From Jimgerdemannia flammicorona (Eukaryota), in contig RBNJ01000003.1 of NCBI GenBank assembly GCA_003990765.1, positions 52,369 to 72,368 on the forward strand: DNA of 20,000 nt, written 5' to 3'. Below are positions 1 to 10,164 of this stretch, one piece after another. The notes under the pieces were generated by a model. That model was not told the origin of the DNA. It was given only the letters and a program-made list of their open reading frames with translations, and ran no database searches. Made by a program: the position numbers and the translations under genes. The stretch's first letter is position 1. Each line of letters starts with the position of its first letter.

Positions 1-109
1 TGGGATGAGTATACAGATTTGGTATTTGGGTTAATTATAAGTAGGTAACTAGGTAACTATATTTATACTGAAAGTTTGCATCATCTGATTATGTACTTGG
101 CTCATCACA
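1..109 (-). repeat. 3' LTR (first 109 bp only; the rest lies outside the window)
   Basis: Aligns without gaps to 8302-8410 with 12 mismatches. Ends ...GCTCATCACA on plus, i.e. TG start on minus. Confidence 0.93.
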
Positions 110-130
110 TTAGCCCCCACAAAAGGGTAG
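110..130 (-). promoter_or_regulatory. Polypurine tract (plus-strand primer) region
   Basis: Minus strand reads CTACCCTTTTGTGGGGGCTAA|TGTGATG: a G-run directly before the 3' LTR start, just after the pol stop at 150-152. Confidence 0.7.
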
Positions 131-149
131 TCTGTCCCCAGACTGTCCT

Positions 150-590
150 TTAGTCATCATCCCAGTGGGGATAAGCATCATCTGCATCTATTCCTGTCCC
201 ATCATCTTTATCTAAGCTGCAGTCACTCCATTCTAAGGGTTCTTCTTTTTCTGGGGATAGGATTTCAACTTGATGAATGATGCTGAGATAGGTAGATTGG
301 TTCATTCATTATATATCTCTGAGAGAAAACTGTGCCTGTCCCAGGGCTGAGAGATTTCTTTTGAAGATTGTGTACAGTCTGTCTGCTGCAGTGGTGTTCT
401 TTCTGCTCAGACCAGTGGTGCCACAGATATGGATCACATCCAGGGTGGATAGGTTCTGCATCAGTTCTCCAATTGCATAGTGGGCCTAATGCTGATGGAT
501 TTGTAGAAGCCTTTCTGCCAGAATGAGGTTTTCTTGGTGATTTCAGATCTTCTGGATATAAGTTCCATTGGGTTCTTGGAATACTTCTCC
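150..590 (-). pseudogene. Non-canonical C-terminal extension of integrase/Pol (predicted helical region plus acidic tail)
   Basis: Hand translation continues in frame after KIKIGDQVLVW: ...ENLILAERLLQIHQH*AHYAIGELMQNLSTLDVIHICGTTGLSRKNTTAADRLYTIFKRNLSALGQAQFSLRDI**MNQSTYLSIIHQVEILSPEKEEPLEWSDCSLDKDDGTGIDADDAYPHWDDD*. The final stop is at 150-152. Confidence 0.6.
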
Positions 591-1410
591 AGACTAATAC
601 TTGATCTCCAATCTTGATCTTCTGATCCTTCTGCTTTTGGTCATAGTACTTCTTCTGTCTTTCTTGAGCCTTGATTATCTGGTCTCAGACTTGATTATGT
701 AACTGTTCTGCCTTTTTGAGGAGGCCTCCAAGTTCTCATGGTCAGCAGTTCTTATCTTCTTGGCAAACATCATCTCAAATGGCTTTTGTTTGGTGGAGGC
801 AGTAGGGGTATTTCGAATTTCCCATAGGATCTCAGATAAGCAGAGGTTCCAATTGGTAGGATTGACTCAGGCAAGTCCTTTCTTGATGGTCACATTCATT
901 CATTCAGTCATGCCATTAGTCTGGGGGTGGTATGATATAGTCCTTTTGAGGTGGATCTTGTGAATTTGGGCATAACTTGTGATTATATTGTTGATGAATT
1001 CTGTGCCCCAGTTAGAGATAAGTTCTTCAGGGGGTCCATATCTGAGGGTCAGACCATGGAGGAGGCCAACAATGGTCAGGGCATCAGCAATTTCCATTGG
1101 GAAAGCTTCAGGTCATTTGGTCAGATGTTCAACAAATACTAGGATATATTTGTTCCTTCTTGGTATCACTGGTAGTGGTCCAATAATGTCTACTCCCCAT
1201 CTCTGAAAGATGTTGTCTGGTGGTTTGATTGGCTGGAGTGGTGCTTGATAATTCTTTTTTCCTTGGTACTTCTTTCAGATATCACACTTCTTGAAAATAT
1301 CTCTAACTTGTGCTTGGAGAGTGGGCCAATATTGATATGTTACTCACAGCTTTTCTTTTACATTTGATTGTCCTAGGTGGGCCTTCTGGTGTTCATTTTG
1401 GATAAGATCT
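591..1410 (-). pseudogene. Integrase (HHCC zinc finger plus DDE core), disrupted
   Basis: HQKAHLG...YWPTL...KKCDI*; PLQPI; WGVDIIGPLP; EHLTK*PEAFP; RYGPPEELISNWGTEF (second catalytic D changed to N); YHPQTNGMTE*MN; PFEMMF; AQERQKKYYD. Includes ORF 900..1097. Confidence 0.93.
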
Positions 1411-1494
1411 TCTTGTGCCTTGATGGCTTGAGGAGCTTCCTTCAGAGTGTAGTTCCTCAGGACACCCTTCTTCTGGTTCATTGGGGCTGGTGGG

Positions 1495-1900
1495 AAAGCA
1501 CATCTACATTGTTGTGAGCTTTCCCTGCTTTATGAATGATGGTGATTTTGTAATCTTGTAAGATAAGAATCTAGCAGGCCAAGATTCCAGAGGGATCCTT
1601 ACAGTTGAATAGCCATTTGAGAGCAGCATGATCAGTTATCAAAGTGAATCTTTTTCCAATAAGGTAGTGCTTGAACAAGGTTACTGCCTATATGACTGCA
1701 AGGCATTCTAGTTTGGTGCTGCCATAATTGGCTTGTTGCTGATTGGTAGCTCGACTTGTATAAGCTATTTTTTTTTTTTTTTTTTTTTTTATAGTCGACT
1801 TGCATAAGCTATCACATGGTATAGGCCATCTGATTCTTCTTGGGCTAGAACTGCACCAAGACCATCTTTGGAAGCATCTGTGTACAGGATGAATGGCTTT
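1495..1900 (-). pseudogene. RNase H domain, interrupted by a poly(A) insertion
   Basis: KPFILYTDASKDGLGAVLAQ...VIAYASR / NYGSTKLECLAVI*AV..FKHYLIGKRFTLITDHAALKWL...HKAGKAHNNVDAF; typical Ty3 RNase H motifs. Confidence 0.93.
1751..1812 (-). mobile_element. Extremely 5'-truncated non-LTR (TPRT-type) insertion: CTAT+A22 flanked by an 18-bp target-site duplication
   Basis: TCGACTTGTATAAGCTAT (1751-1768) and TCGACTTGCATAAGCTAT (1795-1812) flank a T-run plus ATAG. The RNase H peptide IAY(A/T)SR appears twice as a result. Confidence 0.85.
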
Positions 1901-2925
1901 TATAGGTTGGGTCGCACAAGGATGGGTGCTGTTGTCATTTTGTGCTTGAGTTTCTTGAAGGCTTGTTCTTGGGATTCTGTCCACTTGTATGGCACTCCTT
2001 TCTTGAGAAGGGCTTGGATTGGAGTGGCAATTTGAGCAAAGTTCTTGATGAATCTTCTATAGTAGGACACTAGTATCAGGAATGATAGTGTTTCTTTTGG
2101 GGTCTTGGGGACTGGCCAGTTGTTGATCTTTTCGGTTTTCTTCAGGTCTGCATGTGTTCCTTCTTTTGAAACTACAAATCCAAGGAATTCAAGTTTCTGT
2201 TTCCTGAAGTAGCATTTCTTGGAATTGAGCCTCAGGTGATTCTTACAGGTGAGCATGAAGAATTCCTCTAGGTGCTGCAGATGGTCTTTGAAATTTGTTG
2301 AGTAGATGTTGGAATCATCCACATAAATGATCAAGCATTTGTGGATCAGTGGGGCATATACTGAGTTCATCATTCTCTGGAAGGTGGGTGGTACATTGCA
2401 AAGTCCAAAGGGCATTCGGGTATATTCAAACAGTTTTGCTAGGGTAAGGAAAGTGTTTTCTGGATATCTTTGGAGTCCATAGAGATTTTGTGGAATCCTG
2501 CAAAAACATCCATACTGCTGAAGTATCTGGCTTCTTATAGTTAATCCAAGAGGTCATCAATCTGGGGCAAGGGGTAAGTATCTTTTTTGGTGATTGATTT
2601 GAGCTTCCTATAGTCTATACAGAGTCTCCATCCTCCTTTCTTGAGTACAATAAGTATAGGGCTAGCCCATGGGCTGGTGGAGGGTTGGATGACTCTATTG
2701 TCTAAGAGTTCCTGAATGTGTTCCTTCTCAAATGTTTTCAGATAGTGGGGTATTCTATAAGGTTTCTGTCAGATGAGTGTTGCATTTCCTGTATTTATAC
2801 TGTGGTGATATAATGGATTGTATGGCAGGTTGCCATAGTCTGTGATGAAGATGTTCTGATATTTATGCAAAAGTTCTATCAATTGTTGTCACTGCTGAGA
2901 TGTCAATTCTTCTCCAATGTTGGTG
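1901..2925 (-). pseudogene. Reverse transcriptase with connection/thumb region, disrupted
   Basis: [98 protein letters not shown]. Includes ORF 1900..2415. Confidence 0.97.
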
Positions 2926-3029
2926 GAAGGCTTTACTTTCTCCTGGGTCGCAGAGGGGCCTTTTCTTTCTTCTGGAACCTTTTGCCATTTCCCGATAGAT
3001 TCAATTCATAGACCTCTCAGTATGCTCAG

Positions 3030-3275
3030 TTGAGATATGGTACCAGATATCCTATGATGGTTCCTTTTGGCAGAATGATGTTTCCCCAACTTTGGTTGGT
3101 TGCTCGGGAGTGCACTGGATTCATCTTATCTGGGAATGTGTGTCCTTCTATTTCCAATCCTTTGATGTCTTCAATGGGTTCAAAGAAAAGATTTCTGGGG
3201 TCAGGTGGGGCAAAGATTTCGAAGGTTGTTTGCTCCCCTGGTTCCAGAATGACGTTTTTGTGCACTCTGACTGGT
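3030..3275 (-). pseudogene. Degenerate dUTPase-like beta domain upstream of RT
   Basis: VRVHKNVILEPGEQTTFEI...GLEIEGHTF...RATNQSWGNIILPKGTIIGYL echoes the dUTPase pattern (I.PG....V; N....I..G.RIAQL) but lacks the catalytic motifs. Confidence 0.55.
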
Positions 3276-3344
3276 TGGTAGAGGTACTTGCTGGGGGGCA
3301 TTTTCTTTGAAATGGTTGATCTGGAGAAGGTGTACTTCTTTCTT

Positions 3345-3749
3345 GTCTGAGCTTCCAAATCCTTTGGTTTGTCTTGTTCCTTGCATCAGTTCACGAACTT
3401 CTTGTAGCTGGGGAGTCTTGGCCTTCATGAAGACTGCTTGTGCAATTCTTTGTCCTCTGAAAATTCAGTACCATTCAGTACTACCATTCTTCAGGATAAT
3501 CTTGATTTCGCCTGTATATCCTGGGTCTATGGTTCCTCCTTCCCCAGTGATTTCTTGCTTGGCTAGCCCAGACCTTGAGGTCAATTGGATGTAAGTTCCT
3601 TTGGATGACTGTATGGCTAGTCCAGTTCTGAATACTACAGTTCTTTCAGGTTTGATTGGTTGATCCTGCAGACTATAGAGGTCATAGCCTACATCCTCCT
3701 GGTGAGGGTGCGGCAAGACATATTGGGCAATATCTTTGCTCAGTTTCGG
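3345..3749 (-). pseudogene. dut: Trimeric dUTPase domain within Pol
   Basis: All five motifs in one frame: VGYDL, SRSGLA, GGTIDPGYTGEIKI, GQRIAQ, TRQTKGFGSSD. One TGA at 3465-3467, consistent with CGA>TGA, splits ORFs 3465..3716 and 3201..3428. Confidence 0.95.
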
Positions 3750-3752
3750 CTA

Positions 3753-5000
3753 TCCATGTGCTGAGGCTCCAATGGTGGTAAATCTCCATGCTCTGATATT
3801 GAGGTGGGGCCATCTGGCTCCAGTGGAAGGGTCTTGGATGTAGTTGATTCCTCTTTTTCCCATTGGATCTAGGGCCTCCATGAAGTTGATAGCATCATCT
3901 AGCATTCCTTTACAAGTTGTATGTCTGATTAAGGCCAGGATATCTTCTCCTAGATCATAGATCATGAGGGTCTTCTTTTTTGGCTTTTTTGACTTTTTTG
4001 TGTCTGCATTCTACCATCTCCTCTCTTCAGTGTATGTACAGCAATATCTTGGCTAAGATGGATCTTCTGGTGGCAGCAGTTTCTGCTATCTGGGTGTCTT
4101 CCATGGCTGCAATATTCCATTGCTTGAGAATGTGACTCCCGATCAGTAATTTATTTTTGTTTAGGAAATCGATATCTTTCTTCATCATAGATTGGAGGCA
4201 TTGTCATCAGGGGCTGGATTTCTGTTTGGACAAACATATCATGTCCAATAGCTCATTCTTTCAAACATGAGGTTGCTTGTTGAAAGGTAATTAACTAGGC
4301 AATTGTCATTGAGACTCTTGGTCACACAGGTCTCTGTCTTTCTTATTGATCCAGTAGGTAGCATTCATAGCAGTAGTCTTGAGGAGAGTGGAAGGTCATT
4401 TGATATTGGTATCTTCCTACCCGAAAGGCTTTCTCTTGGTATGTTTCTTGCCTTTGGATAATAGGGATTGTACTTGGTCCTTCTTCAATATTCCAGGGCT
4501 CATTATCATCTTCGGGTGGTGTCCAGTGGGGATCATCCCAGGGGATGAGTTCTGGTGGTTCTTCCTGTTCAGGGACCTCTTGTTTAGTTGCTTCTTCTTC
4601 TTGTTCAGACACTTCTTCTTCAGATGATTCTTGATCCCAAATCACTTGTACTTCTGCTGCTTCATCTGTAGGTGTTTTTGGAAGATGATTGCACTTCTTC
4701 TTCTTTCTCCTGCACTCATAGCAGGCTGTGTCAGGTGATTTTCGGGTTCCAATGATCTTGGATGAGTGCTCAGGGCACTTGTGTCTCTTGAGGCATATAG
4801 GGCATCCTTTGATCTGTCCTGTGATGGCTCCAATAGTGACAGGGATAGTGTCCTTGGCCCATACATTGTCTTCTGGCCTGTCATTTACTAGGTTGATTTG
4901 TGGGCTAAGTCTGGGATCATTTCCATCTTCAGATTCTTCTTCCTCTTCTGTAGTGGATTCTTCACTGCTGGCATATTCCTCTTGAATGATAACCTTCTTT
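3753..5000 (-). pseudogene. Uncharacterised Cys/His-rich and acidic insert between protease and dUTPase
   Basis: In frame with the protease. Contains CPICLKRHKCPEH, ACYECRRKKKKCNH, YCYEC and YCSHGRHPDSRNCCH, separated by E/D/P-rich linkers, followed by ORF 3750..3965, which is in frame with the dUTPase. Confidence 0.65.
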
Positions 5001-5009
5001 TTCTTCTTT

Positions 5010-5390
5010 GACTGTTCATAGCTAGTGACCTTCATTCTGTACTTTTTTCCTCTGTAGTCGAATTTGAGGACTTGTTGGCCAATGTCTATGACTGCATTCA
5101 TTTCCTTCATCCAATTTGTGTCTAGGATCATATCATAGGTGATAGCTTCAGTGATAACAGCTTTTGGGATTGAGAACTGAATATGTCCTAGAGAGATGGT
5201 GATGTTTCAGACTTCTCCAAGGGGATGGGTTTGGACTCCATCTGCTACTATGATGTTGAGATTGGATGGTCCATCAATGGGTCATTGGAGGCTGTCCAGG
5301 AATCATTTGGAGATCACACAGATAGCTGCTCCTGTATCTATGAGGATTTTCGCCTTTTGTCCTCCAATATTTCCATGCAGATATGTGCTG
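5010..5390 (-). pseudogene. Retropepsin aspartic protease
   Basis: KILIDTGAAICVIS (D at about 5336-5338), IIVADG...PLG, YDMILDTNWM (the ILG.W motif with G changed to D). Same frame as gag. Confidence 0.92.
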
Positions 5391-5639
5391 ACATGTCTTT
5401 CTACAGCTTGGATAGGGGTGGGCTCTTGCTGTGGGATTGGGACCCAGCCAGTGCTAGACCTTGTGGTTCTCAATAATTTGTTTTGGACTCCAGTAGGTGT
5501 CAGTTGCAAGAACTGCAAGAGAGGAACTTCCATCTTGGCTTCTTGAATCTTTTGCCAGGCTTCATCATAGATATCCCTGGGCATGGTCTTTGGGGTGTAC
5601 TTCTTCTTGGGCTTTGGAGGAGTGGGTTTTTGTTCCATT

Positions 5640-7390
5640 TCTTCATCTTCTGCAGGCAGTTCACTTGTTTTGGGGATTAAAGGTGAAGGTGACTGAGGAG
5701 GTGTTTCAACTTGATCCTGTTTGTCGTCCTCCTCTTCATCTTGAATGATTCTTCTGCTGGTATTCCTATAAGGCCTTCCTACTGGTCTCTTTTGTTTTTC
5801 TGCTAGATATACTGTCTTTCTGCTGATGACCTTGGCTGAGTATAGATCTAGGTCACTGTACTCTTCTTGGTCACTCTCTTCAAAATCTTCAACAGGATGT
5901 ACTTCTGTCTTTTTGTACTGGGTTTCATTCCTTCAGTTTGGTGGTTCAGAGCTCCTTCAGTCATTTCTTTTGTTGTCACATTCTGTGGCATAATGTCCAA
6001 ATTGTCCACAGTGGAAGTATTGGACTTGGGCTCTGTCTTAGATAGGATATCTTCTTTCTTCTTAGTAGCTCCTGTTGTCTCTGGGGTAGTCCTGGTTCCT
6101 TCATGGTTGATATCCCCTGTTGTCTGGCAGATAGTTCCGATTTTCACATATGGTGTGTTTTTCAATCTGACCCACCAATTGGTCTAGTTTTGAGTTGAGA
6201 TCTTGGATTTCGTTTTTCTCCTTCTTCCACTCCTTGGCTGGCCTTCTTTCCTTGGATCTTTCTTGTCCTTAAAGGAGTCCTTGCAGGGCTTTGACCAGAA
6301 TATCTTCTTTATCTTCCTTTTTGTCATGATCACTCCAGGTAGTTCCTTGCCTGACATCAAAGAATCCTTGGACTGCATCTACTTGCTCTTCAGACCTTCT
6401 GATGCCTAGGGTGTGGATATGCTGGGCAATATTTGGGGGAATTCCATTCATGAAGATCATTGGACCTATGATGTCTTGGTTGGTGGCATTGAATCTGACA
6501 GAATGCATTCTCTTCTGGATTCTTGTAAAGAAGGCTCTGGGTGATTCTCCAAGATTCATCTTCATTCCCATGATGGATTTCTGAGCCTTGTGACAGGTTT
6601 CATTTCCTGCATATTTTTTGATGAGCCAATGGACCATGGCTTCATATTCTAGCCCATCAGACATTGCTGCTTGTATCTGTCTTGCTAGTTCTGAATCTCA
6701 GTTGTTTGCTATTCGATGGAAAATCCCTCTGGCTGGTTCTCTGAGCTGAGCTTTGTAGATAGTGATTTTTCTTTCATTTGAGAGATTTCTCAAGACTGCA
6801 ATTCCTTCAATTCCATCAAGGAATTCTCTGGGGTCTTCCTCCAGGTATCCTGGCAAAGGTTGGCAATGAGGTGGCCATTTCATCATCACTTTCTTCTGAT
6901 TCTGGTTCAAGTTTGGATTCTGATTCACTTTCTGAACTATCACTAGAGATGGGGGTGCTTAGGTATCTTGAAGATAGTGTTCTGGTTCTTGGACAGAGTG
7001 GAATAGGCCTAGGTATTCTTATAGGAGCTACTTCTAGTCCTACAAGAGATTGTGGTAGGAGTTCTATTGGTGAGATTGGTGGGACTGGTGTGGGCTGTCT
7101 GGCTGTATAGTATTGGATCCATGTGATGAGGTCTTCTAGTTCTTGTATGAGTTCTCCAAAATCTCTAGCAGGGCTGCCTGTATTGTCTGGTTGATCTGGT
7201 TGTGGATTTCTGACTGTACTGCCTCCTGCTTCTGATTGGGATCCTTCTGATACTGAGTAGTTGGTAAGTCTTGAGGTGATTACTCCTCTTTCTGTCCAAA
7301 TGCTAGTAATAACAGATTCTTCTGTAGTGGCAGAGGTTGGTGTTGTATCAAATGTATCCAGTTTGACTGTGGGTTCTTGTGAGCTGAAAA
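5640..7390 (-). pseudogene. gag: Gag (long N-terminal extension, capsid, CCHC zinc knuckle), fused in frame to protease
   Basis: MATSLPTFA/GYLEEDPREFL (ATG at 6878, capsid start motif, one frameshift); MNLGESPRAFFTRI (major-homology-like region); FMNGIPP; knuckle YFHCGQFGHYATEC at 5978-6019 with the first C changed to Y. An open S/T/P-rich frame extends upstream to about 7390. Confidence 0.88.
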
Positions 7391-7873
7391 GTCATATCAA
7401 TTTTGAAATCTTCTCAGTTGAGTTCCCAAATATAATGTGCCCAGCTCAATAGAGGCAAATTACAAGGTTGGGGGATGTGTGAATTTGGCTTGAGCCCCCA
7501 GTTACTTTGTTTAAAAGCAACAAAATATTCTAAGATTCCTGAAGTCTTTTGGTATTTAGTGGTATAATAGTCAAATCTGGATATGGCAGTTAATTGTATA
7601 TCAATTGCCTAATTGGGTTGGTTCTCTGAGTGTAGTGGTGATTTGTGTGTAAATAGGATTCCCCAATTAGGTCAACTGGGAATTCCTGTATAGCGCGACA
7701 ATCTCTTGTTGACTGAGAATAGGTGGATAATTTGTGTAGCATGAGCAGTTTTCTTCTTTAACTGAGAATGTGGGTGATTTGTGTAGTATGATGATCTCCA
7801 AAAGTAGACGATTACTGGGTGACAGTGGATAACTTGGGCAGATTCTTGGCAAAGTTATGTTAAAGACTGGCTT

Positions 7874-8410
7874 TGTGGCAAAATTCCTAAGGTGGCAGAT
7901 TTGAACTTAGATAGATTTCTCTTCAAATGACAGCTCTTCTTGAGTGGCGGAATTTGGATTCTTCAGGCTTGTAATTTCTTAACAGTGGCTCATTGGCAGG
8001 TTTCTCCTCCTAAGTGTACCAGACAATTGACTTTTGCATTTCAAGCTTTCAAACTCGAACTTTGTATCGGAAAGTGAACCAGAGTGGGAAAGGAAGCTCC
8101 TGCTTTTTGATTTTGAACTGAGGTTTATTCACTCTAGCTTCTGGGGTAATTTATACAAGTTGGTTGCTACATATCTGGTTGCTATAAGGCTAACTATAGG
8201 CCTGCTATTTCCAGTAATAGTGTTCCACTTGGGATAGGTATTCTACTTGGAACAGGTGTTCCACTTGGGACGAGTGTTCCACTTGGAACAGGTGTCCCAC
8301 TTGGGACGAGTATACAGATTTAATATTTGGGTTAATTAAAAGTGGGTAACTAGATAACTATATTTATGCTGAAAGTTCGTGTCATCTGGTTATGTACTTG
8401 GCTCGTCACA
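7874..8410 (-). repeat. 5' LTR (outer end 8410 firm; inner boundary approximate)
   Basis: 8302-8410 matches 1-109 and ends ...GCTCGTCACA. The inner boundary is a guess from TGTGG at 7874, which aligns with TGTGA at 14952 in the related LTR. No clear PBS was found. Confidence 0.75.
8220..8309. repeat. Five tandem 18-bp palindromic units inside the LTR
   Basis: gtgttccacttgggatag / gtattctacttggaacag / gtgttccacttgggacga / gtgttccacttggaacag / gtgtcccacttgggacga; core TGTTCCA-CT-TGGAACA. Confidence 0.9.
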
Positions 8411-8893
8411 ATATAGATAAGTATAAGATATATAAATAAGAGAGAATCTTATTTATATGTGAAACTCAGAATCTAGAAATATGTAAAAAACTGATTAGTA
8501 AAAAATATGAATGAAAGAATATAAATAAAAAAAAAACATAAATAAAAATGAAAAATTTTAATAAAAAGGAAAAAGTATAAAAAAGAGTATAAGGTATAGT
8601 ATAATGCCATTGAGGCTTAAGAGCATAGGAGCTCTTTCCTCTTATAATTATTATTCAGATCTCTCATTCTATAAAACTCAATTTGGAATATCTGAGAATA
8701 CCCTTTAGATCAATATCACAATAATATAAGTAGTTTCTGATCTAGAAGATAGGTGGTAAACTATTTAGGCCAAAATTGTGAGAGGTCTAGAAAAATTAGA
8801 ATGTGAAATACAGCCCACCAACTATTAATTGTAGCTTGTAATTTAAGACAACAGAATACTCCTATAGAGTAGAGTTTTAAAATATAAATGCTA

Positions 8894-8998
8894 AGTAGAA
8901 TATATATAAATAGGATCAGCATAGTAGAATATATATGAGATCTATATGGTAGAATATAAATGAGACTATATAATAAAATTTAAATGAGATCTACATGA
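8894..8998. repeat. Degenerate ~25-bp tandem repeat, about 4 copies
   Basis: agtagaatatatataaataggatcagcat / agtagaatatatatgagatctatat / ggtagaatataaatgagactatat / aataaaatttaaatgagatctacat. Confidence 0.6.
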
Positions 8999-10164
8999 TT
9001 TATATAGATTCAAATAGGTATAGAAGAATAATATAAATAGATATAGAAATATAAGATATATATCTTAGTAAAATGACATTTAATTTCAATAATCTTAGAC
9101 TTGTTTAAAAGCTCTGAATTGTGAGTGATTTTCCAATAAGCTCAAGAACTTCAAAATCAGATATCATTTCATTGAGTTATCGTCATATATATCAAATAAA
9201 TTGAAGGAGTCCAAACTCATAGGCCACTAATAGGCTCCAGATATTAATTGTTTAAGTAATTCTACTATGTTCCCTGCTCCATCTCTAGAACCTAAACTAG
9301 TATGGTATATTATTATTAAAGTCTATAGTAGTTGTAGCAATTATAAATTCAGCTTTGGATATATAATCTCAGTCTAGGTAAATGATTAGATGATCTATTT
9401 TGGTTGGACTAACTCAGTAAGCCAAAGCAACTACTCTGATGTATAGAAACATAATCACACATCCTTTTTTCTATATATACTCCTCCTCTCCTCTCTTTAT
9501 ATCTGATATTTATATATTTCATCTATAGCAGCCCCCCTCTTAATATCAAGGTATATTTAGTAGACAATCTTATATTTTTATATTCATTCAAACAATGAGA
9601 CCAGTAAGGAGCTTGTGTTTCTGTCTTGAATATATATACTATCTTTTAGTATTTTGGCATATTTTTGCTTACATATTTATTTTACCATTTATATTGATAT
9701 TATTAAATACTACCACAGTTTAATTTCTTTATGAATTATAATTTGTTATTCTTTAAAATATATTCAGACCTTCTACTATTATAGAGTACTTAATAGTATG
9801 AACTAAATAGGTTGCAAAAAAGTCAATATTGGGCTAGCTGGCTGAGGAAGCCTGAAAACTGTTCTCAATCTTACATCTACTAAGACCAGACCTATACCTT
9901 CTACAAAGATATCTAGACATACTAATACAAACTTCAAAATCTGTACAACTATTATAATGATTTCACCAGTATTTCAGATATATTATAGAGAGAGAGGGGG
10001 GTTTCTATTCTTCAATTCTATTTTTTAAATAGATTATATATTATATCTGACTATATATCTGTCTCTGATTCTATTCTTTGATTTCTATCTTTTTTGATAG
10101 GTTATATATTGTGTCTGAACTGAAGATTATAAGAGGGAGTTTCTATATTATATTTGGGATTAGC

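Larger units (their letters stand above)
1..8410 (-). mobile_element. Ty3/Gypsy LTR retrotransposon, decayed, dUTPase-bearing; 3' LTR truncated by the window edge
   Basis: Direct repeat 1-109 = 8302-8410 (97/109 identical), reading TGTGA... on the minus strand. Domain order is gag-PR-(insert)-dUTPase-RT-RH-IN, the Gypsy order with IN after RT/RH. PPT next to the 3' LTR. Many in-frame stops and several frameshifts. Confidence 0.96.

Noticed and set aside
150-590. Chromodomain or env-like ORF downstream of integrase
   Set aside because: No chromodomain aromatic-cage pattern (Y.VKW.G...TWE), no signal or transmembrane segment, and the region is in frame with IN.
760-7452. Numerous plus-strand ORFs over the retrotransposon (e.g. 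5196..5546, 5867..6187, 6778..7110)
   Set aside because: Antisense shadows of the minus-strand gag-pol. Their hydrophobic, Ser/Phe/Leu-rich composition mirrors the purine-rich sense strand, and they carry no motifs.
7600-8030. Primer-binding-site candidates (minus-strand TGGTACAC near 8021, TGGAGATC near 7800, TGGGGAAT near 7665)
   Set aside because: None directly follows a convincing LTR-terminal CA, and I could not match any to a tRNA 3' end by eye. The PBS and inner LTR boundary remain unresolved.
8220-8309. CRISPR-like appearance of short palindromic repeats (also considered for 10165-11390)
   Set aside because: The units are head-to-tail with no unique spacers, there are no cas genes, and the context is eukaryotic.
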